Positions 26,275-39,593 of a stretch of 64,000 nt of DNA are shown piece after piece. This stretch comes from Octopus vulgaris (Eukaryota). Below the pieces are notes generated by a model. That model was not told the DNA's origin. It searched no databases and worked only from the letters and a program-made list of their open reading frames with translations. Made by a program: the position numbers and the translations under genes. The stretch lies in assembly GCA_951406725.2 (NCBI GenBank), contig OX597820.1, positions 116,870,001 through 116,934,000 on the forward strand, in the 5' to 3' direction. The first letter of the stretch is position 1; each line of letters starts with the position of its first letter.

Positions 26275-26654
26275 TATCTTTTATCTTTTACTTGTTTGAG
26301 TCATTAGACTGTGGCCATGCTGGGGCACCACCTTGAAGTTTTAGTTGAATGAACCAACCCCAGGACTTTTTTTCTTTTTTTAAGCCAGGTACTTATTCTA
26401 CTCTTCTGCAGAACTGCTAGGTTATGGGGATGTAAACACACCAACACCAGTTGTCAAGTGATGGTGAGGGGAACAAACACACACACGTGTGTGTAGATCC
26501 AAAGACAAATGCACAGTATTGCCGATGATGCCTAGTGGCCATAAGTGGTGAATGTGCTCTGCGGACCGACTACCTGGGACTTACCTTGAAACAAGGTTTG
26601 AATAATGCATTTAATGCCTACTTTCTAAACCTCAATTCTTTAATTTTCAATTGA

Positions 26655-26693
<39 letters not shown>

Positions 26694-26850
26694 AGGTTTC
26701 CTTCAGTTTCCATCTACCAAATCCATTGAAAAAGGCTTTGGTCATCCCAAGGCTATAGTAGAAGATGCTTGCCTGAGGTGCCTCACAATGGGACTGAACC
26801 TGGAACCATGTGGTTTGGAAGTAAACTTCTTACCACGCAGCAGCCTTGCT
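26275..26850 (-). mobile_element. Older SINE-A with ~170 bp of unrelated sequence in its linker
   Basis: 3' half at 26275-26490, 5' half at 26660-26850, intervening sequence at 26495-26658. Confidence 0.75.
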
Positions 26851-27014
26851 GGCATCTGAATACAGTATTTCATTCACACATGAAGATTCTCATCTTTAGT
26901 TTCAAGTGTTAGCTAAGTTGGCAGTTAATCCATTTAAACAGGGATTTTTAGCTCTAAACCCTTTAATGAGATTGAGTGATTTGAGCCTTTTTTAAAAAAA
27001 TATTATTTACATTT

Positions 27015-27415
27015 ACTCTTTACTCTTTTACTTGTTTCAGTCATTTGACTTAGGCCATGCTGGAGCACCGCCTTTAGTCGAGCAACTCGACCCCGGGACT
27101 TATTCTTTGTAAGCCCAATAATTATTCTATCGGTCTGTTTTGCCGAACCGCTAAGTGACGGGGACATAAACACACCATCATCGGTTGTCCAGCAATGCTA
27201 GGGGGACAAACACAGATACACAAACACACACACATATATATATATATACATATATACGACGGGCTTCTTTCAGTTTCCGTCTACCAAATCCACTCACAAG
27301 GCTTTGGTCGGCCCAAGGCTATAGTAGAAGACACTTGTCCAAGGTGCCACGCAGTGGGACTGAACCCGGAACCATGTGGTTGGTAAACAAGCTACTTACC
27401 ACACAGCCACTCCTG
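27015..27415 (-). mobile_element. SINE-A
   Basis: Near-consensus reverse copy. Confidence 0.92.
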
Positions 27416-27702
27416 TTTTGTTTTTTGTTACAAATTGTGATTTTCTGACGCTCAAAACAATGTAAAGACTACTTTTGTTTTTATTAAAAGAAAGGCAAAA
27501 TAAGGTTTGAGAAGAGTTGAAAATTTCCCTCTTAAGTGAATAAGGGCTGCTAATGTTTCACGGTTTTTAGTATTTGACAGGATAATACAAATTAAATAAA
27601 AAATAGATTAATTAACTAGTTTTTGAAAATACATAAAAAAATTTAGCCCAGTAAAGAATAAATAAAAAAGAAGTAAAAAGAAAAACTAAAAAGATAATAA
27701 AC

Positions 27703-27874
27703 AGGCGCAGGAGTGGCTGTGTGGTAAGTAGCTTGTTTACCAACCACATGGTTTCGGGTTCAGTCCCATTGCGTGGCACCTTGGGCAAGTGTCTTCTACT
27801 ATAGCCTCGGGCCGACCAAAGCATTGTGAGTGGATTTGGTAGACGGAAACTGAAAGAAGCCTGTCGCATATATG

Positions 27875-27918
<44 letters not shown>

Positions 27919-28116
27919 TGTGTTTGTCCCCCTAGCATTGCTTGACAACTGATGCTGGTGTGTTTATGTCCCCGTTACTTAGCAGTTCGGCAAAAAAAAC
28001 CCCGATAGAATAAGTACTGGGCTTACAAAAGAATAAGTCCCGGGGTCGAGTTGCTCGATTAAAGGCGGTGCTCCAGCATGGCTGCAGTCAAATGACTGAA
28101 ACAAGTAAAAGAGAAA
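27703..28116 (+). mobile_element. SINE-A
   Basis: Near-consensus copy, inverted relative to 27015-27415. Confidence 0.92.
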
Positions 28117-28879
28117 GATTTGCTTAAATGGTAAGATAAAAATATTTCCCTGCCAATGAAATTCTGTTCTCTCTGCATGTTAGCATGGAAAAGTTAATTT
28201 TAAGCTAACAAATACGTATATATAGGAGTATTTGTGAAAAACTACATTAGCCAAAAGACATATATGAAAAAAACATATTTGTAGAAAGACAAATTGAACA
28301 AAAATATACTGGTCAAAGAAATGGTAGAATATTCATTAAAATTTTAATATTTTTTCAAAGAAATAGATAAAAAGTAATGCAATGATTTATTGATATTTTA
28401 ATCACTTGTCATAATGTTCTTACAGTCCTAAGATTTATAAATTACCAATATATATATATTTGTAGGAATCAAAAGATTATATAGAACCTACAGAATGTTA
28501 TATCAGGTTGAGGAAGTTATTAACAATAATGATAAGACATAAACATTGAGGTTACAAAATCATTAGTGTTCTTTAACGAGATATGCTAGGTGTACATTTA
28601 CTATCCTCGAGCGACTGCTTAAGAATCAGTCATGTAGAAATATCCAATATATTGTTCTGGTCATGTGACTATATTAGAAACTGTTATTATAGGGACAATG
28701 GGTGATGGCGGGAGGGGTTAATTCTTAGAATGTGAAACAAAACAAGTAGCAGCCCTTAGTTATGCCTTCAGGCTCTGAGATGAAATTCTGCCACTATCAA
28801 CATTTGGCTGTCATCCTTTATAGATCAGTGAAATAAATACCAACCAAATTATTAGATCCCCACCCCAAAGTCCGGTCCT

Positions 28880-29150
28880 TGTTGCAGTGAGGTAGCAGTA
28901 TAGGCCAAGGGAGCAGAAGCTCTTGGTAGGAGCCTCCCATGCTGGGCAGGTCAAAGGATAGGGGCCAAACTAATATGGGTCACCTCTTGCCAGAGATAAA
29001 AATAGGTTTGTGTAGGGCCAACACCCTTACCTAGAACAAAAACAATGTTACAGAAGCATTGATGACAATTCAAAACTAACAAAAGCGTAGGGAGAGAAAG
29101 ACAGCGCAGGGTCCCCTATGTTCTAAAGGGAGTAAAGGTTTTAAGTAAAT
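28880..29150 (+). mobile_element. Possible internally deleted (bipartite) RTE-type element
   Basis: cccatgctgggcaggtcaaaggataggggccaaactaa...gggccaacacccttacc resembles RTE 5' UTRs; cccctatgttctaaagggagtaa...taagtaa resembles RTE 3' ends; recognition only. Confidence 0.4.
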
Positions 29151-30165
29151 TATTAGATCAATCTAATTGACTGCAAAATACCAAGTTTTTCTGTATTTTG
29201 TTGATAACATGTTTGTGTGCATGTATATGTGTTTAAATATCTGTATATTATAAACACAGAGAATGTTACCAATATCTTATCAAAATTAGTGTTTGTAAAC
29301 ACTATTTAAACTAAATTACAATTAGCCACTTATTAGAATTAAACCTCAGGATATTCTGATTAAGTATTATCATCCAGTTATTGTTATCTAAAAGGCTATA
29401 ATGGCTTCACCTCCCTCTCCCTGGCTCTTTGTGTTTGAGTGTGTGTGTGTGTGTGTGCATGTGAATGTGCATGGCTGCATGGTTAAAGTACCAAACTACT
29501 AGTTACTGGGTCACAACTTCCTGAACCATTGCAGGCTTTTCACTGAATCTGAGCAAGATACTAATGTTGCCTAACACCTTATCCAGAGGAAGAATACCAA
29601 TTTCTTCCCCCACCAGGCACAACAATAGCTGCCATTGATCCTTCTGGTTGAATAAAAAATACCAAAATCATGAAAAGGAATTCGAAATTTTAAACACCAA
29701 CTGAAGAGAAAGAAATGAGGACAAGAGAGGGAGAATTAGAGGAAGAAAGAACGAGAGAAAGAGTGATAAAGGCTAACAGACTGAAACTTCGAAGTCACTG
29801 TCAGCCCTCTTGTAAAAGTTTAGTAAGCATGTATTCTACTAAAAAGTATTGAAAAATTCTTCAGTTTAATGTTAAATTGCTTTTATATAGAACTGACATA
29901 AAAAACATTAATGAGGGGGTCTTGACCAGCAAGTTATTCAGTGACCTCACTAGTGCTGGTGCCACATAGAAAGCATCTAGTAGTCTGTGTAAAGTGGTTG
30001 GCATTAGGAAAGGTATCCAGCTTTAGAAATTCATGAACAGAAACCCAAACAGACAGCAGGGTTTGGTGCAATCTTCTGATTTGCCAGCCTCTGCCAAACT
30101 GGCCCTACCCATACCAGCATGAAAAACAGACACCAAATGATGATGATTATTATCACATATATATA

Positions 30166-30216
<51 letters not shown>

Positions 30217-30359
30217 GGCTTATGTTTTTCACTGTTTGATTTGCCTAATAATGGTTTTATCTCTAATTTGATATAATATAATATAATATATTTATACTAT
30301 AAAATTGGATTTAATCCTAAATCTAATTTTTCCCTGTAAGTTTGGATTGATTCCCTAAT

Positions 30360-30457
<98 letters not shown>

Positions 30458-31282
30458 CAGAGAGAGAGAGAGATGGAAGAAAGGAGAGAGTGTATGATAA
30501 CTAACACAGAAAGCTGTATGAGGCAATTGTATTACCCTAACTAAGGTAGGAATTGAAATTTAAGATGACACAGCAAAAGCTTAACATATTTGTTTCTCTT
30601 AAAAAGAAAGAAGGAAAAAAAAAAGCAATTTCTGTTTACATATCCCACAGTTAAATCTCATTTTCAATACAAAGATATCACAGAGATAGAGTTACATTTC
30701 CTCACTGTAAACTTTTCCATACACCTGTTATGAAGACTTCATTTGCCAGGGCAGAAGCGTCAATCCTTTTGAAAAATAAGTCTTTCTACTTTTATTTTCC
30801 ACTTCCCCTTGAGTTGATTTGCTTGATTATTATATTTTTTGGGGGTTATAAAGTAATTCCCAGAAATGCCAACAGCAGTGCTAATAACTGATAACTATGT
30901 CAATGTGCTCAGATAACAGAATCTTAAACTATGAGCAATCCTAAACCACAAAATTTTCATTTTGAAGACTAAAACACGGTGCTTTGTTCATTGAAGCTGT
31001 AAACTGCTTCAGGATAAAATGTTGCTCAGATTCATAACACAGCTAAGTCTAACGTCTGAAAGCTATCAGTTTCTGTATTGTGGTGAAGCTCATGTGGCTA
31101 AAGATAGCAGCGAGATTACTTTAGCCATTCTTCAGTTGAAGACTAGCAGCAAAGAACCAAGAAAAGGCACTTTGTTGTGTTGGGGCAATCCAAGGCCTTA
31201 AATTGCACAATGGGATGATCCCCACATTTTGAGTGCTTGTCATAACAACAACAATAACAACAACAACAATAATAATAATAAT

Positions 31283-31320
<38 letters not shown>

Positions 31321-31376
31321 TATTAATATTAATATTAATAATAAGAATGATAATGATTATTATTATTATTATTATT

Positions 31377-31841
31377 AAGGGCTGCGAGTTGGCAGAATCG
31401 TTAGCACACTGGATGAAATGTTTAGCAGTATTTTGCCTGTTGCTGCATGCCGAGTTCAAATTCTGCTGAGGTCAACTTCACCTTTCATCATTTTGAGGTC
31501 GATAAAATAAGTACTTGTTGAGGACTGGGGTCAGCATAATCCACTAGCCTCCTCCCCCAAAATATCAGGCCTTGTGCCTACAGCAGAAAGGATTACTATC
31601 ATTATTATTAATAATAACGATGATGATGATAAGGCAGTGAGCTGGCATGATTATTAGCACACTGGACAAAATGCTTAGCAGCATTTTGTGAATCTCTATG
31701 TTGTGAGATCAAATTCTGCCAAGTTCAATTTTGCATTTCATCCTTTCAGGATTTTCAAAGTACCAGTTGAGTACTGGAGTTGATGAAATTGACTATCCCT
31801 GATCCCCACAAATTTCAGGCAGGCCTTGTGCCAATAGAAGG

Positions 31842-31873
<32 letters not shown>

Positions 31874-32095
31874 TGAAGGCAGTGAGCTGGTAGAATCATC
31901 AGTATGCTGGATGAAATGCTTAGCAGTACTTCACACATTGCTACATTCTCAGTTCAAATTCCGCTGAGGTTGACTTTGCCTTTCATCCTTTCAGGGTCGA
32001 TAAATTAAGTACCAGTGAAGTACTGGGGTCAATGTGATCGCCTACCCCTACCCTGAAATTCCAGGCCTTCAGTACAAAGGATTATTATTATTGAT
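31377..32095 (+). mobile_element. Three decayed full SINE-B copies separated by (TTA)n tracts
   Basis: Heads aagg..gagctggcagaat at ~31377, ~31632 and ~31877; each ends in aaggattatt. Confidence 0.8.
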
Positions 32096-33086
32096 TTAGT
32101 GTCTGCTTTCCATGCTGGAATGAGTAAGACAACTTGACTGGAATTGGTAAGCTCGAGAGTTGTACCTGGTTCCACAATGATCTGGTTTCTACAGCTGGGT
32201 GCCCTTCCTAACGCCAACCACTCCACGAGTGTAATGTCCCCTACAGTCACAGCCTCTGTTTCACTGGTGTGGAACATGGCTGCTCTCACAAAGGCTCCCA
32301 TTTATATCACACAATGTACATTCTCCACTCTATTTGTATTCCATATCCTTACTGTCATCATGCCTTGGGTTGTTGTGGCCAATGAACGAAATTATTGGGG
32401 AGGAAGGTATTCTTCATATGATGGATGCTTTTGATTGTTGGGTTTAACACATCACAGGAATACACTGATCTTTCATATCCAATTTGTAAGTCTAATCCAG
32501 AGTCCTATTCAGCTAAAGCATAGAATTAGATGAGTAGTGGATTAGTGAATTGACCGAAGGCTGAACCAGAGTGATCTGGCATTATCTCTATCCGGCAGCT
32601 AAGTGAATGAGAGTAATGTAAAATAAAGTGTTCTATCCAGATACACAAACTAAACTGGTGATCCATAAGTATGCAGACTAATACAGTATGAAATTAGCCA
32701 CCTGACCTCTACAGTGTGTGTGTGTGTTTGTGTGTGTTTTTGTGTGTGTGTGTGTGTGTGTTTGTGTATGCGTGCATGCACGTGGTCTCACATGCATGTG
32801 CATAGACTTTTAAAAATGTTTTAATTGGCAGAAAGTTACAAAAATGACTCAAGAACTGAGAGCTTCATGTATGGCACATATATACATGTATGTATGGATG
32901 GATGCACGCACACACGCACACACACATAGATAAGGCTAAGTGTGGTAACTGCAGAGCAGAAATATTTGTCAATGGAACAATTATATCAGCGGTTCACAGA
33001 GTGGATCAACTGAACTTGAATTTTTAGAGTGTGCAGAATTTGCTTTTGAGAGTTTTACAAGAGAAGGAATTTCAAATTTTTTGGAA

Positions 33087-33119
<33 letters not shown>

Positions 33120-33748
33120 CAAAACTAAGGAAGAAACCCGAATTGAATTGTTGATGCAACTACTATAATAAACAAACAACAATGAACATCAAATGATATC
33201 GTTTGGAGTGAGAATATAATGAATGTTTCAAGCAAGAGACTTTCATCAGAGAACAAGAGAACATGAGATGAGAGCTCGTTAAAAAGGTTTGTAGCAAACA
33301 GCTGCCTTATTTCTGATCCCAATGTTTTGACAGGCAGCATTGGAAGCGAGCTCAGTTTGGTATTGCTTTCAAAGGCTTTTATTTTCCCTGTTGTAACAAG
33401 GCACAAAAGATTGTATTTTAGGTTTGTGAAGGAAATTCAAGTGTGAGATCCTTGGCTTGCTTTACTCTGGGTCCCCTGGGACTGTGAAGTAAAGCTTGAA
33501 AAGTGGTGATTTAAATTGAAACCACATCGGAGTATTTGCCTTTTCGCTTGCTGACAGATAGCGCCTACCTTGTTTCTATGGTATTTGTTCATCATCAAAG
33601 TTTAGTATATTGTCCCAAAAGATAACAGCGCCAATAACAGCATAGACACTCATAATGCATCTATTCAACCAGTCAAACACGTTTTGATTGTTTCTGTGTG
33701 TACACTCATGTGTATGCATGCGTACACACACACACCTGTGGTAGTAAA

Positions 33749-33781
<33 letters not shown>

Positions 33782-35095
33782 TCATAAGCATGTAATATCC
33801 CAATGGTTTATTGATTTTCATATATTCGTTTATTTTTAGTCATTAATTAAAAATAAAAGAAAACAAAAACAAAAAGAGCAACAGAAAAGAACGGGAAAAG
33901 GAAACGCAGAAACAAATGGTTCAGAAACTATTTTTATAGAAAAGCTTTTAAAAATAAGCTATTCTGGCAGCTAAAATGGCAAAATAACAGACAAGTGTGG
34001 CAGGTAAAAAATACTAATAAAAAAAAAAAACTGGAAGAAAAAAAAGCACTTGGTTTGCAGGTAGAATTATCATATAAAGAAGAAATAAAATCTACCTGGT
34101 ATACCTGGAAAAATTCACAGCATCTATACTATCTCGTTAATGAAAAAAGGAAAGAAAAAAAGTTATCTGACAAAATGGAATAATCATTCTCAGAAAGTAG
34201 AGACCAAAGAGAGTAGAATCTACTTGAATGCCAGATAACTAAGCAGGTCAACTTGTGTGTGTGAGAGAGAGAGAGAATTCTATTGTGTCATTGATACAGA
34301 AATTATATCAGTTATTCAACGGTGAAACACACCTAACACACAAACTGGTACACCGATGAGTCATGGGTTTAAAAGCTACATAATCATTTTGATGTAAGAG
34401 CTTCGGTGAAAATGCTGAAATTACATTAGCAAAGAATTAAGTAGTCAGTCAGTTGCAGAGCTGAGTTACTTCGGTTACTCTTGAAATTCTTGCTTTGCTT
34501 TGTGACTATGATGTGAGTACGTTTAATGTCCTCCAGTCGATTCACTTTTCTAGCTTATTCAAAATTTGTTGATTTGTGTAAATGAGTTTGTGCAAAAGGG
34601 AAAAAATCATTATGGTGCTAGCTGTAAGAAAACAAAGTGATGCAAGCTGGCCAGAGGACTGGAAAGGAAAAGGCTGACAAACAAAGCCACAATTCAGCCT
34701 TTGACCCACTGCAATCGGTGTGTGTAACTTGGTTCCATCAAGAGAGAGACAAATCTATAACACCAGCCAATGAACTGTGGAGCATTGGATCAAAGAAATG
34801 ACCAAATTGCTGGATATCTGGCTCAGCTAGGACTTTCACTATGACAAAACCCACTGGAATAATAATAATAATAATGGCTGTGTGGTTAGGGAGCTTGCTT
34901 CCTAGCTGCATGGTTTCGGGTTCAGTCCCACTGTGTGGCACTTTGGGTAGATGTCTTCCACTATAGCCCCGAGCCAACCGAAGCTTTGTGATTGAATTCG
35001 GTAGGCGGGAGTTACTGCCGTGTGTGTATGTGTGTGTGTATAGCTGGTCAGTGCCTCTCCGAAAGAGAGAGAGGGGGAATAATAATGATAACAAT

Positions 35096-35627
35096 GGACT
35101 TGACAGAGCAAAGAATTGGTACGGCCACAAACCCAAAAGCATCATTGAAAAATGATAATGCAAAGATCCTGTGAGATATTATGATTCAGTGCGAGCATGA
35201 GATAGAGAATAGGAAACCAGACATAGTCTTAATTGAGAAAGAAAACGAACTATGCTGGATCATAGATATAGCATGCCCAGCTGACAACAAGGTATGCGAC
35301 AAGGAAGAAAGAAAAGTCGAGAGATATGACAGGTTAGCTTGGGCGGTTAAGTAGTTGTGATCGATGAAAAAGGTAGCAGTGGTACCAATAATTATCGGAG
35401 CCCTGGGAACAGTGAGTAAAAATCTTGAGAAGTACATGGAACAAGTAGGGGCTACAGTAAGGGTGGAGCACTTGCAGAAAACAGCACTGCTTGGAACTGC
35501 TTGAATACTCCAGAAGGTGCTCAAAAAATAAGGGGTGTTACCTTAGCTCACTGAGAGTGAACACTGCACAGCTTCTAATGCTGGAGGTGTACTACAGTGT
35601 CAAAGGCAACAATAATAATAATAATAA
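35096..35627 (+). mobile_element. 5'-truncated R4/Dong-like non-LTR retrotransposon: restriction-like endonuclease domain, 3' UTR and (TAA)n tail; pseudogenised
   Basis: One frame from 35096 to 35531 reads WYGHKPKSIIENDNAKIL*DIMIQCEHEIENRKPDIVLIEKENELCWIIDIACP...KVERYDRL...VVPIIIGALGTV...LQKTALLGTA*ILQKVL (PD..D motif) with four in-frame stops. Confidence 0.88.
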
Positions 35628-37454
35628 TCCTTTCTACTATAGGTACATGGCATGAAATTTAAGGGGAGGGGGATTGTTGATTACACTGACCCCAGTGTTT
35701 AACTGGCATTTATTTCACTGACCCCAAAAGGATGAAAGGCAAAGTCAACCTCAGTGAAATTTGAACTCAGATCATAAAGATGGATGAAATGCCACTAAGC
35801 ATTTAGCCTGGTGTGTTAACGATTCTGCCAGCTTGCTTCCTTGATAATAATGACAACTACAATGTGGAATGATTTTGACAAGAAATATTCCAATTTTTTC
35901 AATCAATGGAACCAACCAATTATGTAAGGTGACTGAGTGCTTCACAAACACTTGTACTAATCCAACAAAGACGGACCTTCAAGTTTTAAGCATGAACCAT
36001 TCAAAAAGTTTCTGTCAACATGACTTTGCACAGTAACCTTGGCTCAAGTGAAAGATATGGTAGAAAAGGATTAACCAAAGTGCCACATAATGGGACTGGA
36101 CTTGGGGCTTTATGACTGCAAAGCAAACATTTTAGACTATATTCTTGAAAGTAATCCCTCAGGATAGCCAAAATCTAAGCTGAAACTAGCAGAAGAAAAT
36201 GGTGTGTGTGCAAAATGACTGAAGGCTTGTAGTCTTCATCCATTTATGTGGTGAGGTGTTTGGCTCATGATCATTAAGTTGTAAGTACAACTCTAGGACT
36301 GGCAGCACAAGGTGTACTCTCTCACAAGCGACAGCTTGCAGTGCTACATGAATAAATGAGATACACTCAGTCACACAATAAATGTATTTTGTAAAATCTT
36401 ATTTAGGTCTGCATAAAATGAGTTTCAATGTTCCCTTTTTCAGTGCTGAGTTAGTACAACAGAGGACAATAATGAAAGAGAGATAAATCTGGATGTTAAT
36501 TAAGTAGAACAATACAACTAGTTTTAAAACAAAAAGGAATATAGAACGGAATAGCAAATGACAAACAATAAGTTCCGAATATCAGTAGGAGAAGCCGCAT
36601 GATCAAATGTTATTGAAACTCAGAGAAAGCCATTAGAATGAGTGACAGGCCTATTGAAATATCAGGACAGATGATCTTGTGATTAAGAGGAAAACAAAAT
36701 AAATAAATAAATAACGAGTTACTAAATTTAGAAGAAAATATTCTAAACAGAATGAGGTACCATTAGGATTGTGTAAAGACATATCTAAGTTACAAGAACA
36801 ATAATAGTGAAACAATGATATCAGAGACAAGAGAGAGATTTATTGAATCTATATTTATCATCTGATTGCATCGGAACAGAGAAGATGAGAGTGAAACCAA
36901 GGATCAATATAAATAGTTCACATTATGAAATATGATGATACAGCACATTCAGAGTAAAATGAACTCAATCAGAACTAATGGGCGGTGGCAGTGGTGATAT
37001 GGGTTTTGTCTTTTTTTTTTGTTTCAATTAGCACAGCAATGGATGGTATAATCGGCAGAGCAACGGTCAAACTGTGTTGGAGCACTCCACTTTTCTTATA
37101 TAGACTTATTTTATTTACTGACTAAAGAAGAATGAGACACAGAGTCAAATACTAGGGGGTAGATTTAATGAACTGAATCACCCAACCCACCCGTGGAAAT
37201 TTGTGGCTCCCGAACTATGACAGAAATCATTATCAGCCCTGTGGAGGGGGTGAGAGGGAGAGAGAGAGAGAGAGAGTTTGCTTCCTTCCTTGCAATAACA
37301 ACTATTTACTCTTTCTGAACATTCCTTTGACCCCAGTCCAAGTCCTACAGAATAATACAAACAAAACAAATTATTCTATCTCAACCAACTTGAATGTGAT
37401 GTCACAGAGTTAGAAATACATAAGCATACCATAGGAAATGGAGAAAAACATGGG

Positions 37455-37655
37455 TTTCAAATTTTGGTACAAGGCCACCAAGCTCAGGAGAGGGGCTAAG
37501 TCGATTACATCGATCCCAGGGATCAACCGGGACTTATTTTATTGATCCTGGAAGTATGAAAGGTGAAGTCGACCATGGCAGAATTTGAACTCAGAACGTA
37601 AAGACAGATGAAATGCTACTAAGCATTTCGTTAACAATTTTGCCAGCTCGTCACC
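37455..37655 (-). mobile_element. SINE-B
   Basis: Diverged match to 7460-7688, with the alternative tail type. Confidence 0.8.
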
Positions 37656-38117
37656 TTAATCCTTTTGATACCAACCCACTTGAAACTGCCTCTTTCTCTG
37701 AAGTACAAATGTCTTGTTTTCTTAAGTTTTGAATTAAAATCTTCCACCAAACCTTAGTCACAATTTATGTTCCTAACACTAGATGAATGATAACTAAGTT
37801 GTTTTATTAAATTCTTTGTTATATTTCAAATAATTGAAAGAAACACAGAGCATCTCATCAGAAGTATAGTAACAAAAGAGTTAACAAATTATTAATTTAA
37901 CCCTTTTGATACCAAACTGGCTGAAACCACTTCTGGCTCTGTAATACAAAAGTCTTGTTTTCCTAAGTTTTTAATTAAAATCTTCCACCAAACCTTAGTC
38001 AGAATTTATGTTCCTAACACTAGCTTAATGTTATTTTACTAAATTCTTTATTATATTTAAAATTAATTGAAAGAAACACAGAGCATCTCAGCAGAAATAT
38101 GTTAACAAAAGGGTTAA
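37656..38117 (-). mobile_element. Tandem pair of TTAA MITEs (piggyBac-type)
   Basis: Copies at 37656-37884 and 37897-38117; reverse complement of the 1018-1245 family. Confidence 0.85.
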
Positions 38118-38372
38118 AATTATTCTTCCATTTTTTTTTAATGGTTTTGTCATCAAGAAACGTTATCTTGTGACAGGACTATGACAGCAAGCACATTGAA
38201 AAGAGGTAAATAACTTATATGGATAAGAATTAACCCTTTGACAGCCATATTTCTTATAACATACACAAACTATCATTCAATTTATTTTGAAAAGAATCCA
38301 GAATTTGAAGGAATTTCCCAAAATCAGTAATTTCCCAATTAAACTGGTGTAAGGTAGAAAGCTTGCAGAATT

Positions 38373-38612
38373 TACATTATTTACATTTGACGGATATTTG
38401 TCCTCATCTTGTTTGTTGTTAACACAACGTTTCAGCTGATATACCCTCCAGCCTTCATCAGGTGTCTTGGGGAAATTTCAAACCTGGGTTCTCATTCCTA
38501 ATATATGTTTTTCTCAATATTGTTGTTATTATTATTATTATTCAGGTCACTGCCTGGAATTGAACTCGGAATCTTGGGGTTAGTAGCCTGTGCTCTTAAC
38601 CACTACGCCATA
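38373..38612 (-). mobile_element. tRNA-headed SINE-like element carrying a minimal hammerhead ribozyme
   Basis: Minus strand: A-box tggcgtagtgg (38600-38610), B-box agttcaattcc (38556-38566), (taa)n linker, hammerhead core; 9-bp TSD tgcagaatt at 38364-38372 and 38613-38621. Confidence 0.8.
38421..38466 (-). ncRNA. Minimal type I hammerhead ribozyme motif (Penelope-type)
   Basis: gacac-CUGAUGA-a-ggcug(gaggguauau)cagcu-GAAAC-GUU-guguu; stem I gacac/guguu; palindromic stem III aacguu. Confidence 0.7.
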
Positions 38613-39238
38613 TGCAGAATTGTTAGAATGTTGGATAAAATGCTCAGTGGCATTCCTTCCAACTCTCCATACTCTGAGTTCAAATTCCCCTGAGGTCAAT
38701 TTTACTTTTTATACTTTAAGAATTGATAAAATAACCCCCAGTCAAGCACCTGGATTGATGTAATTGATTAACACCCCAACTTTTCTTTAAAATTGCTAGC
38801 CTTGTATCTGTAGCAGGCAGAATTGTTAAGCTGGCATCTTCTTACAGAAAATTGTGTTGGAAGCTTTTAATTTAAATATAAACACTTTTAAGATGCAAGG
38901 GTTTGTGTCAGAGAAGCAGGTGGTCTTGAATGGCGTCAAAGGGTTTTAAGACCTAAATTACAAATTCAAGGAAAACGAGATACAACTGTGGACACTTGTG
39001 TAGGAAGTAGCAATTATAATGCCAATAGTAATTAATGCTAATAATAATAATTAACGAAGACATTCTTGTATAAATACCAGTCAAGGCATTAGACACGATG
39101 CCAAATTAGTATTCTGCAATGGAAGCTAAAACACAGCACAAAACTGTCTACAAGAAAATCTTCATCGTTTCACAAGCGCAAGGCACTTTGAAGCAGAAAG
39201 ATGCAGCTTGAAGAATTTTGCACTGCATAAACTGTCTT

Positions 39239-39284
<46 letters not shown>

Positions 39285-39593
39285 TGTCTACATTCAAAGT
39301 TCATACGTACGTGATTTATTTTGACAGTCATTACAAATAAGTGTACTTATAATGTCATTAGAAAACTAAGTGAGAAGAAAGAAGTGGATCAGTAGAACAT
39401 AATTAACAGTTTGGAGGAGGCTGGTTAGTGGCGAAGAAAGCAGCAGACAAACTAATTTGGTCACAAGATTTGATTTGTAACTATTTTTTGACAGTTTTAC
39501 ACTTTGATTAATTATTAAATCTTTGAATACTGATAAAACAACTGAAATTCTTGACATTCAAATATGAAATGACATGTGTTTGATTTGCGAGAT

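Larger units (their letters stand above)
38230..38949 (+). mobile_element. Old TTAA MITE interrupted by a decayed SINE-B (~38351-38825), which is itself interrupted
   Basis: Ends ttaaccctttgac ... gtcaaagggttttaa; ttaaactgg/ttaagctgg flank the SINE-B. Confidence 0.6.

Noticed and set aside
36440-36980. Possible additional LINE endonuclease fossil
   Set aside because: The purine-rich strand bias is suggestive, but no motif could be read reliably.
39312-39327. PBX-HOX (TGATTTAT) plus MEIS (TGACAG) composite site
   Set aside because: Short motifs are expected by chance in 64 kb of AT-rich DNA; no conservation evidence is available.
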